From assembly GCA_900772235.1 (NCBI GenBank), contig CAAGQX010000035.1, forward strand, positions 1 to 29,735: a stretch of DNA of 29,735 nucleotides, given 5' to 3'. The translations under genes were made by a program, and so were the position numbers. Shown piece by piece: positions 1 to 12,788 of the stretch. The notes under the pieces were generated by a model, which saw only the letters and a list, made by a program, of their open reading frames with translations, did no database searches and was not told the DNA's origin. This stretch comes from Clostridia bacterium. GTDB taxonomy: Bacteria; Bacillota; Clostridia; TANB77; CAG-508. Numbering within the stretch: the first letter of the stretch is position 1; every line of letters begins with the position of its first letter.

Positions 1-197
1 CCACGCCTGACACGCCTACGAGGTTTTTCGGGGGTCTCCAATTTATTCTAAATATATAAACTCCTGCGTTGGGCTGCCGTATTATTTTGCAATAAGAATA
101 TAACAAGGAATTAGCTGTAAAAATTGATATAAAATTTGAAAAATATTATATTAATTTTTAAATGCCGTTAATTTAAGCAAATTAAATTTGAAAAAAA

Positions 198-222
198 TAG
201 CAAATGATATTGACATTTGCTA
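198..222. promoter_or_regulatory. Perfect 9-bp inverted repeat TAGCAAATG-ATATTGA-CATTTGCTA overlapping the -35 box of the groESL promoter
   Basis: Read directly from sequence; arms 198-206 and 214-222, 7-nt spacer containing part of TTGACA. Confidence 0.6.
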
Positions 223-238
223 AAAAAAGGTATAGTAT
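210..238 (+). promoter_or_regulatory. Putative sigma-A type promoter of groES-groEL (TTGACA 210-215, TAGTAT 233-238, 17-nt spacer)
   Basis: Consensus -35, near-consensus -10, located just upstream of a CIRCE-like operator and groES. Confidence 0.7.
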
Positions 239-239
239 A

Positions 240-266
240 TTAGCAGTCAATAAAACAGACTGCTAA
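240..266. promoter_or_regulatory. CIRCE-like operator (HrcA site) TTAGCAGTC-N9-GACTGCTAA
   Basis: Perfect 9-9-9 architecture of CIRCE (canonical TTAGCACTC-N9-GAGTGCTAA) upstream of groES, with a symmetric C/G swap in both arms. Confidence 0.85.
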
Positions 267-277
267 TAAAATTATAA

Positions 278-2232
<1,955 letters not shown>

Positions 2233-2298
2233 TATATAGAAATGTCTTTTGCGGACGGGTTTGGAACCCGTCCCTACATTTAATATTCACTATTTATT

Positions 2299-2334
2299 AA
2301 AATTGTAATTTGCTTTGCAAATTACAATTTTTTT
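2299..2334 (+). terminator. Rho-independent terminator after groEL
   Basis: AAAATTGTAATTTGC-TTT-GCAAATTACAATTTT perfect 15-bp stem followed by Ts. Confidence 0.85.
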
Positions 2335-2422
2335 AAGTTAGAATTATACTTGAATTTCACTTGACTATTTTTATTAGTTTATATTATACTCATATTATAA
2401 TATAAATAATGAGGTGATACCA

Positions 2423-2545
2423 ATGATAGTAGATAAAGAAGGAAAAATGTTTGAAGATAGAAGAAAAAAAGATAAAAAAGTTAAAGATGACAGAAGAAAA
2501 GAAGAAAACAAAATAAGAAAAGTAAAGAATATAAATAAAAAATAA
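2423..2545 (+). CDS. Small highly charged protein, 40 aa (MIVDKEGKMFEDRRKKDKKVKDDRRKEENKIRKVKNINKK)
   Basis: GAGGTG ribosome-binding site 8 nt upstream of ATG; DRRKK/DDRRK repeats; below ORF-track length cutoff. Confidence 0.5.
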   Translation: MIVDKEGKMFEDRRKKDKKVKDDRRKEENKIRKVKNINKK

Positions 2546-2663
2546 TAAGGATATAATATATTTGCTTCCCAATTCAAAAAATAAATGAAAAATGATTGAT
2601 ATTTTAACAAAATTGTAATATAATTGCAACACAAATGTAATAATAGTATGGGAGGAATATCAA

Positions 2664-3668
2664 ATGTTTAGTTTTGGACAAGATATAGGTATAGATTTAG
2701 GTACAGCAACAGTAATTGCATATGTAAAAGGAAAGGGTATTGTTTTAAGAGAACCTTCAGTTGTTGCTGTAAATAATGTTACAAATGAAGTATTAGCAGT
2801 AGGTGGAGAAGCTAGACGAATGCTTGGAAGAACACCAGGAAATATTGTAGCAACAAGACCTTTAAAAGATGGTGTTATATCAAACTATACAGTTACTGAA
2901 AAAATGCTTAAACATTTTATAAATAAAATTTGTGGTAAATTTGTATTTTCACCACGAATTATGATTTGTATTCCTTCACAAGTAACAGAAGTAGAGAAAA
3001 AAGCGGTTATAGATGCTGCATCTCAAGCAGGAGCTAGAAGAGTGTATTTAATAGAAGAACCAATAGCAGCAGCTATTGGCGCAGGAATAGATATATCTAA
3101 GCCTTGTGGTAATATGGTTGTAGATATAGGTGGGGGAACTGCCGATGTTGCAGTTATTTCGCTAGGAGGATCAGTTGTAAGTACTTCTATAAAGGTTGCA
3201 GGAGATAAGTTCGACGAAGCAATTGTAAAATATATAAAAAGAAAATACAATGTAATGATTGGGGAAAGAACAGCTGAAGAATTAAAAATTAATATAGGAT
3301 GTGTTTATCCTAAAATACAAGACTTAGAAATGGATATTAGAGGAAGAGACCTTGTAACAGGTCTTCCAAAAACAATTACAGTTAAATCGAGTGAGATGAT
3401 GGAAGCGCTAGAAGAGCCAGCAATGGCAATAGTAGATGCAGTTCATAGCACACTTGAAAAGACACCACCAGAACTTGCTGCAGACATAAGCGACAGAGGA
3501 ATATATATGACTGGTGGAGGAAGTTTGGTAGACGGACTAGATAAATTATTACAAGAAAAAACAGGAATAAATGTAATGATTGCAGAAGACGCAATATCTT
3601 GTGTGGCGCTAGGTACAGGAAAAGCATTAGATAATTTAGACGCATTAGACGGAAAACTAAGGAGATAA
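2664..3668 (+). CDS. mreB: Rod shape-determining protein MreB
   Basis: DIGIDLGTATVIAYVKGKGIVLREPSVVA, VVDIGGGTADVAVISLGG; 334 aa. Confidence 0.96.
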   Translation: MFSFGQDIGIDLGTATVIAYVKGKGIVLREPSVVAVNNVTNEVLAVGGEARRMLGRTPGNIVATRPLKDGVISNYTVTEKMLKHFINKICGKFVFSPRIMICIPSQVTEVEKKAVIDAASQAGARRVYLIEEPIAAAIGAGIDISKPCGNMVVDIGGGTADVAVISLGGSVVSTSIKVAGDKFDEAIVKYIKRKYNVMIGERTAEELKINIGCVYPKIQDLEMDIRGRDLVTGLPKTITVKSSEMMEALEEPAMAIVDAVHSTLEKTPPELAADISDRGIYMTGGGSLVDGLDKLLQEKTGINVMIAEDAISCVALGTGKALDNLDALDGKLRR

Positions 3669-3670
3669 AA

Positions 3671-4956
3671 ATGAAAATAGCATTTTATACACTACGGTTG
3701 CAAAGTAAATCAATATGAAACAAATGCAATGATACAAAAATTTATAGAAGCTGGATATGAAATTGTAGATTTTGAACAAAAAGCAGATGTATATATAATT
3801 AATACTTGCACTGTAACAAATATGGCAGATAGAAAATCTAGGCAAATACTAAGAAGAGCCAGACAAATAAATAAAGAAAGTGTAATTGTTGCAGTGGGTT
3901 GCTATGCACAAACTCATAAAGAAGAAATAGAAAAAATTGATGAGATTGATCTAATATTAGGAAACAATGAAAAAAACAACATAGTACAAATAGTAGAAAA
4001 ATATTATAAAGACAAGACTCAAAAAATACAAGTTGAAAACATAGATAAGCAGAAAGAATTTTTAGATTTTGGAACAATTACATACACGGAAAAAACAAGA
4101 GCAGTTATAAAGGTACAAGATGGATGTAATAACTTTTGCTCATATTGCTTAATTCCATATGCAAGAGGAAGGGTTAGAAGCAGAAGTAGTAAAAGTGTAA
4201 TAGAAGAAATAACTAATATAGCGCAAAGAGGAATAAAAGAAGTTGTAATAACAGGTATACATATAGCATCATATGGCAAAGACTTTGAAGAAGATTATAA
4301 ATTAATAGATTTGTTAGAAGATATTAATAAAATAGAAGGCTTAAAAAGAATTAGATTAGGTTCATTAGAACCTCAAATTATAACAGAAGACTTTGTAAAA
4401 AGGTTGTCTAAGCTAGATAAAATATGTAACCACTTTCATTTGTCGCTTCAAAGTGGATGCACAGAAACCTTAAAAAGAATGAACAGAAAATATACAGCAG
4501 AAGAATTTGAACAAAGTGCTAATCTATTGAGGAAATATTTTGATAATGCAGCATTAACAGCAGATGTTATAGTTGGTTTTCCAGGAGAAACTGAAAAAGA
4601 ATTCGAAGAAACATATGAATTTTTAAAAAAGATAAAGTTTACAAAAATTCATGTATTTAAATATTCTCCAAGAGAAGGTACTAGAGCAGCTGTTATGCCA
4701 AACCAAATAGATGGAAATATTAAAGAAGAAAGAAGTAAAAAAATAATTGAATTATCTAATGCAGATGAAGAGGAATTTTTAGATAATCAGATTGGAAAAA
4801 ATTTAAAAGTTTTGTTTGAACACAAAGTGGATAAATATTGGATTCGGACATACTTCAAATTACATAGAAGTAGAAAAACAGGGTGAAAACTTAGAAAACA
4901 AACTATTAGATGTATATATATCCAAAAGAGAGGGTCTAAACCTTATAGCAAAATAG
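3671..4956 (+). CDS. mtaB: tRNA (N6-threonylcarbamoyladenosine(37)) methylthiotransferase MtaB, reading requires two +1 shifts at CGG codons 3695-3697 and 4845-4847
   Basis: MKIAFYTL-[C]-GCKVNQYETNAMIQKF...YWI-[C]-GHTSNYIEVEKQGENLENKLLDVYISKREGLNLIAK*; radical SAM motif CNNFCSYCLIPYARG; GGAG ribosome-binding site abutting the mreB stop. Confidence 0.9.
3695..3697 (+). other. Candidate recoding site 1: in-frame CGG, +1 shift to GGT
   Basis: tat aca cta C|GGT TGC AAA GTA AAT CAA restores the MiaB/MtaB family LGCKVN motif. Confidence 0.85.
4845..4847 (+). other. Candidate recoding site 2: in-frame CGG, +1 shift to GGA
   Basis: tat tgg att C|GGA CAT ACT TCA AAT TAC restores the GHTxNY motif of the MtaB TRAM-like C-terminus. 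Confidence 0.85.
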
Positions 4957-5117
4957 AACTTTTGTTACAAGATTGTAATAGAATTGTAACAGAAATATAA
5001 TGTAAAAAACTATTGATAAAACATATACTTTGTTATATAAATATATATGTAAATTTAATGAGAGATATCAAAACACAAAAGAAAAAAGATATCATCCCAA
5101 TTTTAGGAGGAGTATAT

Positions 5118-5429
5118 ATGAACGAAGAAAACAAAGTATATGGAAAAGTAAATTTTGACGGAACAACAGAAAATATTGGAACAAAATATGAAAATGACTG
5201 TTCAAAATTTAAAGTATGTGATAATGCAAATTTACCAGTAAAACCATCATTTTTCACAAAATTAAAAAATATATTATTCTATGAAATAAAAGTAGAATTA
5301 ACACCACATCAACAAAAAATAGAAGATGAAATTAATGAATTTTTACACCAAGAAGTAACTTGGCAAAGTTTTAAAAATTTCTTATTCAAAGAAGTAGAAA
5401 TTACTCATAGAGGAAAAAGAATATTATAG
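5118..5429 (+). CDS. Hypothetical protein, 103 aa
   Basis: MNEENKVYGKVNFDGTTENIGTKYEND...; TTAGGAGG ribosome-binding site upstream; followed by a terminator. Confidence 0.7.
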   Translation: MNEENKVYGKVNFDGTTENIGTKYENDCSKFKVCDNANLPVKPSFFTKLKNILFYEIKVELTPHQQKIEDEINEFLHQEVTWQSFKNFLFKEVEITHRGKRIL

Positions 5430-5440
5430 TAAAATATTAT

Positions 5441-5467
5441 TAAAGAACACTTGAAAAGTGTTCTTTT
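5441..5467 (+). terminator. Rho-independent terminator
   Basis: AAGAACACTTGAAAAGTGTTCTTTTTTG. Confidence 0.85.
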
Positions 5468-5532
5468 TTGTTATAGAATAGGCAATATAAAAATATAAAG
5501 ATACTATGAAAGTATCAGAAAGAAGGTATTTT

Positions 5533-6546
5533 ATGTCAGTAAAAGTTGCTATTAATGGATTTGGAAGAATTGGGCGTCTTGCATTTAGACAAATGTTTGG
5601 TGCAGAAGGGTATGAAATTGTTGCAATAAACGATTTAACAAGTCCAGAAATGCTTGCACATTTATTAAAATATGATTCAGCTCAAAAAAGATATGAAAAA
5701 GCTGATACAGTAGTTGCAGGAGAAGATTCAATAACAGTAGATGGAAAGACAATAAAAATATATGCAGAAAAAGATGCTGCAAACTTACCTTGGGGAGAAA
5801 TTGGAGTAGATGTTGTTCTAGAATGTACAGGATTTTATACAACAAAAGAAAAAGCAGAAGCACATATAAAAGCAGGAGCTAAAAAGGTTGTTATATCAGC
5901 ACCAGCGGGAAAAGATCTACCAACAGTAGTATTTGGAGTAAACGAAAATATATTAACAAAAGAAGATACAATAATATCAGCTGCATCTTGTACAACAAAC
6001 TGTTTAGCACCAATGGCAAAAGCATTAAACGATTTTGCACCAATACAATCAGGAATTATGACAACAGTTCACGCTTACACAGGAGACCAAATGTTATTAG
6101 ATGGACCACATAGAAAAGGAGATTTAAGAAGAGCAAGAGCTGCAGCAGTTAATATTGTGCCAAACTCAACAGGAGCTGCAAAAGCAATAGGATTAGTTAT
6201 TCCAGAATTAAATGGAAAATTAATAGGATCGGCACAAAGAGTTCCAGTGCCAACAGGTTCAACAACAATATTAATAGCAGTTGTAAAAGGAGAAGATATA
6301 ACTGTAGAAAAAATAAATGAAGCTATGAAAGCAGAATCTAGTGCGTCTTTCGGATATACAGAAGAATTACTAGTATCTTCAGACATAGTAGGATGTACTT
6401 ATGGATCATTATTTGATGCAACTCAAACAATGGTAACAAAAGTAGCAGATGGATTATATCAAGTTCAAGTAGTTGCTTGGTATGATAATGAAAATTCTTA
6501 TACAAGTCAAATGGTAAGAACAATTAAATATTTTGCAGAATTATAA
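5533..6546 (+). CDS. gap: Glyceraldehyde-3-phosphate dehydrogenase
   Basis: [35 protein letters not shown]; start set at 5533 (ATGTCAGTAAAA after AGAAGG). Confidence 0.97.
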   Translation: MSVKVAINGFGRIGRLAFRQMFGAEGYEIVAINDLTSPEMLAHLLKYDSAQKRYEKADTVVAGEDSITVDGKTIKIYAEKDAANLPWGEIGVDVVLECTGFYTTKEKAEAHIKAGAKKVVISAPAGKDLPTVVFGVNENILTKEDTIISAASCTTNCLAPMAKALNDFAPIQSGIMTTVHAYTGDQMLLDGPHRKGDLRRARAAAVNIVPNSTGAAKAIGLVIPELNGKLIGSAQRVPVPTGSTTILIAVVKGEDITVEKINEAMKAESSASFGYTEELLVSSDIVGCTYGSLFDATQTMVTKVADGLYQVQVVAWYDNENSYTSQMVRTIKYFAEL

Positions 6547-6658
6547 AATTAAAGTAGCGAAAGGTGGAATTTCTTAGCTTACTTTACACCTCTAGCAAAA
6601 TGTAATTTGTAAAGGGGCGAGCGCTCCTGCTCGCTCCTTTAATATTAGGAGGAAAAAT

Positions 6659-7846
6659 ATGAATAAAAAAACAATTAGAGATATAGATGTTGCAGGTAAA
6701 AAAGTTTTAGTAAGATGTGATTTCAATGTACCTTTAAATAAGGAAACAGGAGAAATTACAAACGACTTAAGAATAGTTTCAGCATTACCTACAATAAAAT
6801 ATTTATTAGAACATAATGCAAAGGTAATTTTATGCTCTCATTTAGGAAAGCCAAAAGGAGAAGTAAAACCAGAACTTTCTTTGAAACCAGTAGCAAAAAG
6901 ATTATCTGAATACTTAGGCTTTGAAGTAAAACTTGCAAAAGATATAGTTGGAGATGATGCAAAAACTCTAGCAAACAATTTAAAAGAAGGAGAAGCAATC
7001 CTTCTAGAAAATGTTAGATTTGATAAAAGAGAAGAAGCAAACGATGCAGAATTTTCTAAAGAATTAGCAAGTTTAGCAGACATATATGTAAATGATGCAT
7101 TTGGTACAGCTCATAGAGCACACAGCTCAACAGCAGGAGTAGCAAACTATTTACCAGCTGTATGTGGATTTTTAATTGAAAAAGAAGTAAAAATGTTAGG
7201 AGATGCATTAGATAATCCAGTAAGACCGTTTGTTGCAATACTTGGCGGAGCAAAAGTTTCAGATAAAATAAAAGTTATAGAAAAATTAATAGAAAAAGCA
7301 GATAGTATTATTATTGGAGGAGGTATGACATATACTTTCTTAAAGGCTATGGGATATAATGTTGGAGATTCTATTTGTGAATTAGATAGAATAGACTTGG
7401 CAAAAGAAACAATGAAAAAAGCTGAAGAAAAAGGCGTAAAATTATTATTCCCAGTAGATACTGTTTGTGGAAAAGAATTTTCAAATGATACAGAAATAAA
7501 AACAGTAGACTCTAAGGAAATACCAGATGGATGGCAAGGCTTAGACATAGGGCCAGAATCTATAAAAATATTTACAGATGAACTAAGAAAGGCAAAAACA
7601 GTTATGTGGAATGGACCTCTAGGAGTATTTGAATTTGAAAATTTTGCAAAAGGAACAAATGCAATAGCAAAAGTATTATCTGAAATAGATGCAACCACAG
7701 TAATTGGTGGAGGAGACTCAGCAGCAGCAGTAGAAAAAGGAGGAGTTGCAGATAAAATTACACATATTTCTACAGGAGGGGGAGCATCACTTGAATTTTT
7801 GGAAGGAAAACCACTTCCAGGAATAGAATGCCTAGAGAATAAATAA
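6659..7846 (+). CDS. pgk: Phosphoglycerate kinase
   Basis: [34 protein letters not shown]; GGAGG upstream. Confidence 0.98.
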   Translation: MNKKTIRDIDVAGKKVLVRCDFNVPLNKETGEITNDLRIVSALPTIKYLLEHNAKVILCSHLGKPKGEVKPELSLKPVAKRLSEYLGFEVKLAKDIVGDDAKTLANNLKEGEAILLENVRFDKREEANDAEFSKELASLADIYVNDAFGTAHRAHSSTAGVANYLPAVCGFLIEKEVKMLGDALDNPVRPFVAILGGAKVSDKIKVIEKLIEKADSIIIGGGMTYTFLKAMGYNVGDSICELDRIDLAKETMKKAEEKGVKLLFPVDTVCGKEFSNDTEIKTVDSKEIPDGWQGLDIGPESIKIFTDELRKAKTVMWNGPLGVFEFENFAKGTNAIAKVLSEIDATTVIGGGDSAAAVEKGGVADKITHISTGGGASLEFLEGKPLPGIECLENK

Positions 7847-7889
7847 AAAAATAATATTCAGAAAGTTTTACTAGGGAGGAGAATAAAAA

Positions 7890-8465
7890 ATGGAAAAAAA
7901 AGAAGGAAAAATTAGTTTAGGAATAGCAGTTTGTATTTTTATAATAATATTGTTAGTTGGTGCAATAATTGGAATAGCGTATTATTTTAATAAGCAAATA
8001 GTTTTATTAAATAACAAAAATGTAACTGAGATTAATGAAACAAAAGAAATAAATAAAATACAGTCAGGCACAGAAAATCAAAGTAATGAGAAAAATATAG
8101 ATGATAATTCAAATGGAATTGAGAATAATATTTATGGTAATATTTATAATGCATTACTTAAAAATTTAGAAGAGGATAAAGAAGCATTAGAAAAATCTGT
8201 AAATAGTATTGAAATATATACTAATAATGTTGAAAAAGAAAAAGAAATACCAGAAAAATTTAAAGATAAAGATATAGTATATGGAAAATATAGAAAGGCA
8301 GCTAAATATAAAAAAGGAGAAGTTCCAGAGTTAGCAGGACCAGATCATAGAGAAATTGAAATTGAACAAGAGAATTATGTATGGCAAATTTTTGACTTAT
8401 ATTTTGCATATAATACTAAAACAGGAGAAGTGAGCTCGTCTGTGTATTCTGACATATATGAATAA
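7890..8465 (+). CDS. Hypothetical membrane-anchored protein within the glycolytic gene cluster
   Basis: 191 aa, one N-terminal hydrophobic segment (IAVCIFIIILLVGAIIGIAYYF); GGGAGG upstream. Confidence 0.75.
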   Translation: MEKKEGKISLGIAVCIFIIILLVGAIIGIAYYFNKQIVLLNNKNVTEINETKEINKIQSGTENQSNEKNIDDNSNGIENNIYGNIYNALLKNLEEDKEALEKSVNSIEIYTNNVEKEKEIPEKFKDKDIVYGKYRKAAKYKKGEVPELAGPDHREIEIEQENYVWQIFDLYFAYNTKTGEVSSSVYSDIYE

Positions 8466-8492
8466 AATATTTAATGAAAAGGAAGTTATTAT

Positions 8493-9245
8493 ATGAGAAA
8501 AAAAGTAATTGCTGGAAATTGGAAAATGAATAAATTACCTAATGAAGCTATGAGCTTTATTGAAGAATTAATACCACTTGTAAAGGACACAGACAATGAA
8601 GTAGTTATATGTGTTCCATACACAGATTTGTTTTATACTTTACTTACAGCACAAAATACAAATATAAAAATAGGAGCACAAAATATGCATTTTGAAGAAA
8701 AAGGTGCATATACAGGAGAAGTTTCTGGAGAAATGCTTAAATCAATAAATGTAGAGTATGTTATAATTGGACATTCTGAAAGAAGAGCATACTATGGAGA
8801 AACAGATGAAACAGTAAATAAAAAACTAAAAAAAGCATTAAGTTTAGGGCTAAAACCAATAGTATGTGTTGGAGAAAGTCTAGAAGAAAGAGAAAGTGGA
8901 AAGGCAAAGGAAATAGTAACTACTCAAACAAGAAAAGCATTAAAAGGATTAGAGCCTAAAGATGTAGAAAAAACAATATTAGCATATGAACCAATATGGG
9001 CTATTGGAACAGGTAAAACTGCTACTAAAGAAGATGCCAATGAAACAATTAAATGGATTAGAGAAGAAATTGAAAAAATATATGGAAAAAGCATAGCCGA
9101 ATGTGTTATAATCCAATACGGCGGAAGTGTAAAATCAACAAATGCAAAAGACTTATTCCAAATGTCTGATATAGATGGAGGATTAGTAGGAGGGGCAAGT
9201 TTAGATGCACAAGAATTCGCTAAAATAGTAAATTACAATAAGTAA
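8493..9245 (+). CDS. tpiA: Triosephosphate isomerase
   Basis: VIAGNWKMNK, YVIIGHSERR, ILAYEPIWAIGTGKTA, IQYGGSV. Confidence 0.98.
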   Translation: MRKKVIAGNWKMNKLPNEAMSFIEELIPLVKDTDNEVVICVPYTDLFYTLLTAQNTNIKIGAQNMHFEEKGAYTGEVSGEMLKSINVEYVIIGHSERRAYYGETDETVNKKLKKALSLGLKPIVCVGESLEERESGKAKEIVTTQTRKALKGLEPKDVEKTILAYEPIWAIGTGKTATKEDANETIKWIREEIEKIYGKSIAECVIIQYGGSVKSTNAKDLFQMSDIDGGLVGGASLDAQEFAKIVNYNK

Positions 9246-9270
9246 GAGAAAAAGAGGAGATACAAGGCTT

Positions 9271-10797
9271 ATGAACAAAAATTTAATGATGCTAATGATA
9301 TTAGACGGATATGGAATTAATGAAAATCCTAAAGGAAATGCAATAGCAATGGCAAAGACACCAGTAATGGACAGACTAATGAAACAAAACCCAAATACAA
9401 TAATTAAAACTAGTGGATTAGATGTAGGATTGCCAGAAGGACAAATGGGAAATTCAGAAGTAGGACACACAAATATAGGGGCAGGAAGAATAGTTTACCA
9501 AGAATTAACAAGAATTACAAAATCAATTGAAGATGGAGATTTCTTTAGTATTCCAGAACTTACGCAAGCAATAGACAATTGCAAAAAAAATAAAACAAAG
9601 CTACATATAATGGGCTTACTTTCAGATGGAGGCGTACACAGCCATATAAGACATTTATATGCAATATTAGAACTTGCAAAAAGAAAAGATTTTGAAGATG
9701 TCTATGTACATTGTTTCTTAGATGGAAGAGATACTCCACCAGCATCTGCAGAAAGCTATATTACTAAACTAGAAAAAACAATGGCAGACAAAGGAGTAGG
9801 AAAAATTGCAAGTATATCTGGTAGATTTTATGCAATGGACAGAGATAAGAGATGGGAAAGATTACAAAAAGCATATGATGCTTTAGTAAATGGAATAGGA
9901 GAAAAGGCAGGAAGTGCTACAAAGGCAATAGAAGATTCATATCAAAAAGAAATTTTTGACGAATTTGTTCTACCAACACTTATTTGTAATGGAGATGAAC
10001 CTATTGCAACAATAGGAAAAAAAGATTCAGTAATATTCTTTAATTTTAGACCAGATAGAGCAAGAGAAATTACAAGAGCATTAGTAGATGAAAAATTTGA
10101 TGCTTTTGAAACAAAAAAATTAGATTTATGCTATGTATGTTTCACAAATTATGATGAGACTATTGAAAATGTAAAAATAGCATTTAAAAAAGCAGAACTT
10201 AAAAATACATTTGGAGAAATTGTAAGTAAAAATAATTTAACACAACTAAGAATTGCGGAAACTGAAAAATATGCGCATGTAACATTCTTCTTTAATGGAG
10301 GAGAAGAAAAACAATATAAGGGAGAAGATAGAATATTAGTTCCATCTCCGAAGGTAGAAACATATGATATGCAACCAGAAATGAGTGCATATGAGGTTAC
10401 AGATAAAGTAGTAGAAGCAATAAAATCTGAAAGGTATAATTGTATAATTTTAAATTATGCTAATTCAGATATGGTAGGACACACTGGAAATTTAGAAGCT
10501 GCAGTAAAAGCAGTAGAAGCAGTAGACGAGTGTGTAGGAAGAGTGGTAGAAGCAGTAGAATCTGTAAATGGAAGATTATTAATTACAGCAGACCACGGAA
10601 ACTCAGAGCAGATGATAGACTACAAAACAGGAGAACCACATACTGCCCATACAACAAATCCTGTTCCATTAGTGCTAGTTGGAATGGATGCAAAATTAAA
10701 ACAAGGAAGACTTGCAGACCTTGCACCAACAATGCTAGACATTATGGGAATAGAAAAACCTGAAGAAATGACAGGAGAAAGTTTAATAGAAAAATAA
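9271..10797 (+). CDS. gpmI: 2,3-bisphosphoglycerate-independent phosphoglycerate mutase
   Basis: LMMLMILDGYGINENPKGNAIAMAKTP, GNSEVGHTNIGAGRIVYQ, HCFLDGRDTPP. Confidence 0.98.
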   Translation: MNKNLMMLMILDGYGINENPKGNAIAMAKTPVMDRLMKQNPNTIIKTSGLDVGLPEGQMGNSEVGHTNIGAGRIVYQELTRITKSIEDGDFFSIPELTQAIDNCKKNKTKLHIMGLLSDGGVHSHIRHLYAILELAKRKDFEDVYVHCFLDGRDTPPASAESYITKLEKTMADKGVGKIASISGRFYAMDRDKRWERLQKAYDALVNGIGEKAGSATKAIEDSYQKEIFDEFVLPTLICNGDEPIATIGKKDSVIFFNFRPDRAREITRALVDEKFDAFETKKLDLCYVCFTNYDETIENVKIAFKKAELKNTFGEIVSKNNLTQLRIAETEKYAHVTFFFNGGEEKQYKGEDRILVPSPKVETYDMQPEMSAYEVTDKVVEAIKSERYNCIILNYANSDMVGHTGNLEAAVKAVEAVDECVGRVVEAVESVNGRLLITADHGNSEQMIDYKTGEPHTAHTTNPVPLVLVGMDAKLKQGRLADLAPTMLDIMGIEKPEEMTGESLIEK

Positions 10798-10823
10798 AAA
10801 AATGTATTTTATTTTTTGTGCTT

Positions 10824-10856
10824 TTGTATTTGGAATTTTAAAAAGTCCAAATACAA
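10824..10856. other. Intergenic hairpin between gpmI and eno
   Basis: TTGTATTTGGA ... TCCAAATACAA, 11-bp perfect stem, no following T-run on the + strand. Confidence 0.6.
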
Positions 10857-10897
10857 GATTTAAGCACAATATTTATATAAATGAAAGGATGATTTAA

Positions 10898-12205
<1,308 letters not shown>

Positions 12206-12214
12206 AAGAATGTA

Positions 12215-12249
12215 AAAAATGCGGAGGGCTTAGTGCCCTCCGCATTTTT
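12215..12249. terminator. Bidirectional terminator between eno and a convergent minus-strand ORF
   Basis: AAAAATGCGGAGGGC-TTAGT-GCCCTCCGCATTTTT perfect 15-bp stem, T-run on both strands. Confidence 0.85.
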
Positions 12250-12535
12250 GGTCCAAAAACTTGGACAGGATTTCCCAGTCTCTTTGACTGATCATATGCC
12301 GGACAAAATAATGGTATCCAGCTTGAGGATAGCTTTCTTTAAAAGACAAAAACCTGTCTTTAAAGGAAATGTTGGAGATGACAGCGTTGCAAAGCCGTAG
12401 CTCCCCGTTCTTGAAAGTAAAGCTCAAAGTTTGCTTGTTGGGATTATGCGAGGTACATAAAGGGTAGTCGCAAGGTGTTCGATCTGAATAAAAAGATTCA
12501 ACGCTAATAGTGTCATTGGTATAATCGTTCAACAT
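12230..12535 (-). CDS. Orphan small protein (MLNDYTNDTISVESFYSDRTPCDYPLCTS...SKFLDQKCGGH), compositionally atypical
   Basis: AGAGGAGG ribosome-binding site 6 nt upstream of ATG and TATAAT-like -10; codons far more C/G-ending than neighbours; contains two in-frame CGG codons. Confidence 0.5.
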   Translation of the reverse strand: MLNDYTNDTISVESFYSDRTPCDYPLCTSHNPNKQTLSFTFKNGELRLCNAVISNISFKDRFLSFKESYPQAGYHYFVRHMISQRDWEILSKFLDQKCGGH

Positions 12536-12788
12536 AAAAACCTCCTCTAATCTATAGGTTGACATAAATATTATAACACTATTTCAGAAAAAAAGCAAAT
12601 TTTGAAAAAATTAATAAAAATTGTAATTTGCATAAGGGTTTATGAAAATATAGGTGCTATTTTAATCGCCCGCAAATACCAAAACACATTATTCAATGTT
12701 CACTATTCATTAAATAGAAAAATAAACGATTGCACCTTCATTTTTAAATAGAATTATGCTATAATATTGTCGAAAAGGAGAAAGTATT

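Noticed and set aside
4860-4956. A possible extra frameshift in the A-rich stretch of the mtaB 3' end
   Set aside because: Re-reading the bases (ttagaaaacaaactatta) shows the frame set at 4846 runs uninterrupted to TAG 4954-4956.
10530-10763. + strand ORF overlapping the gpmI 3' end
   Set aside because: Fully inside gpmI in an alternative frame, no ribosome-binding site; spurious.
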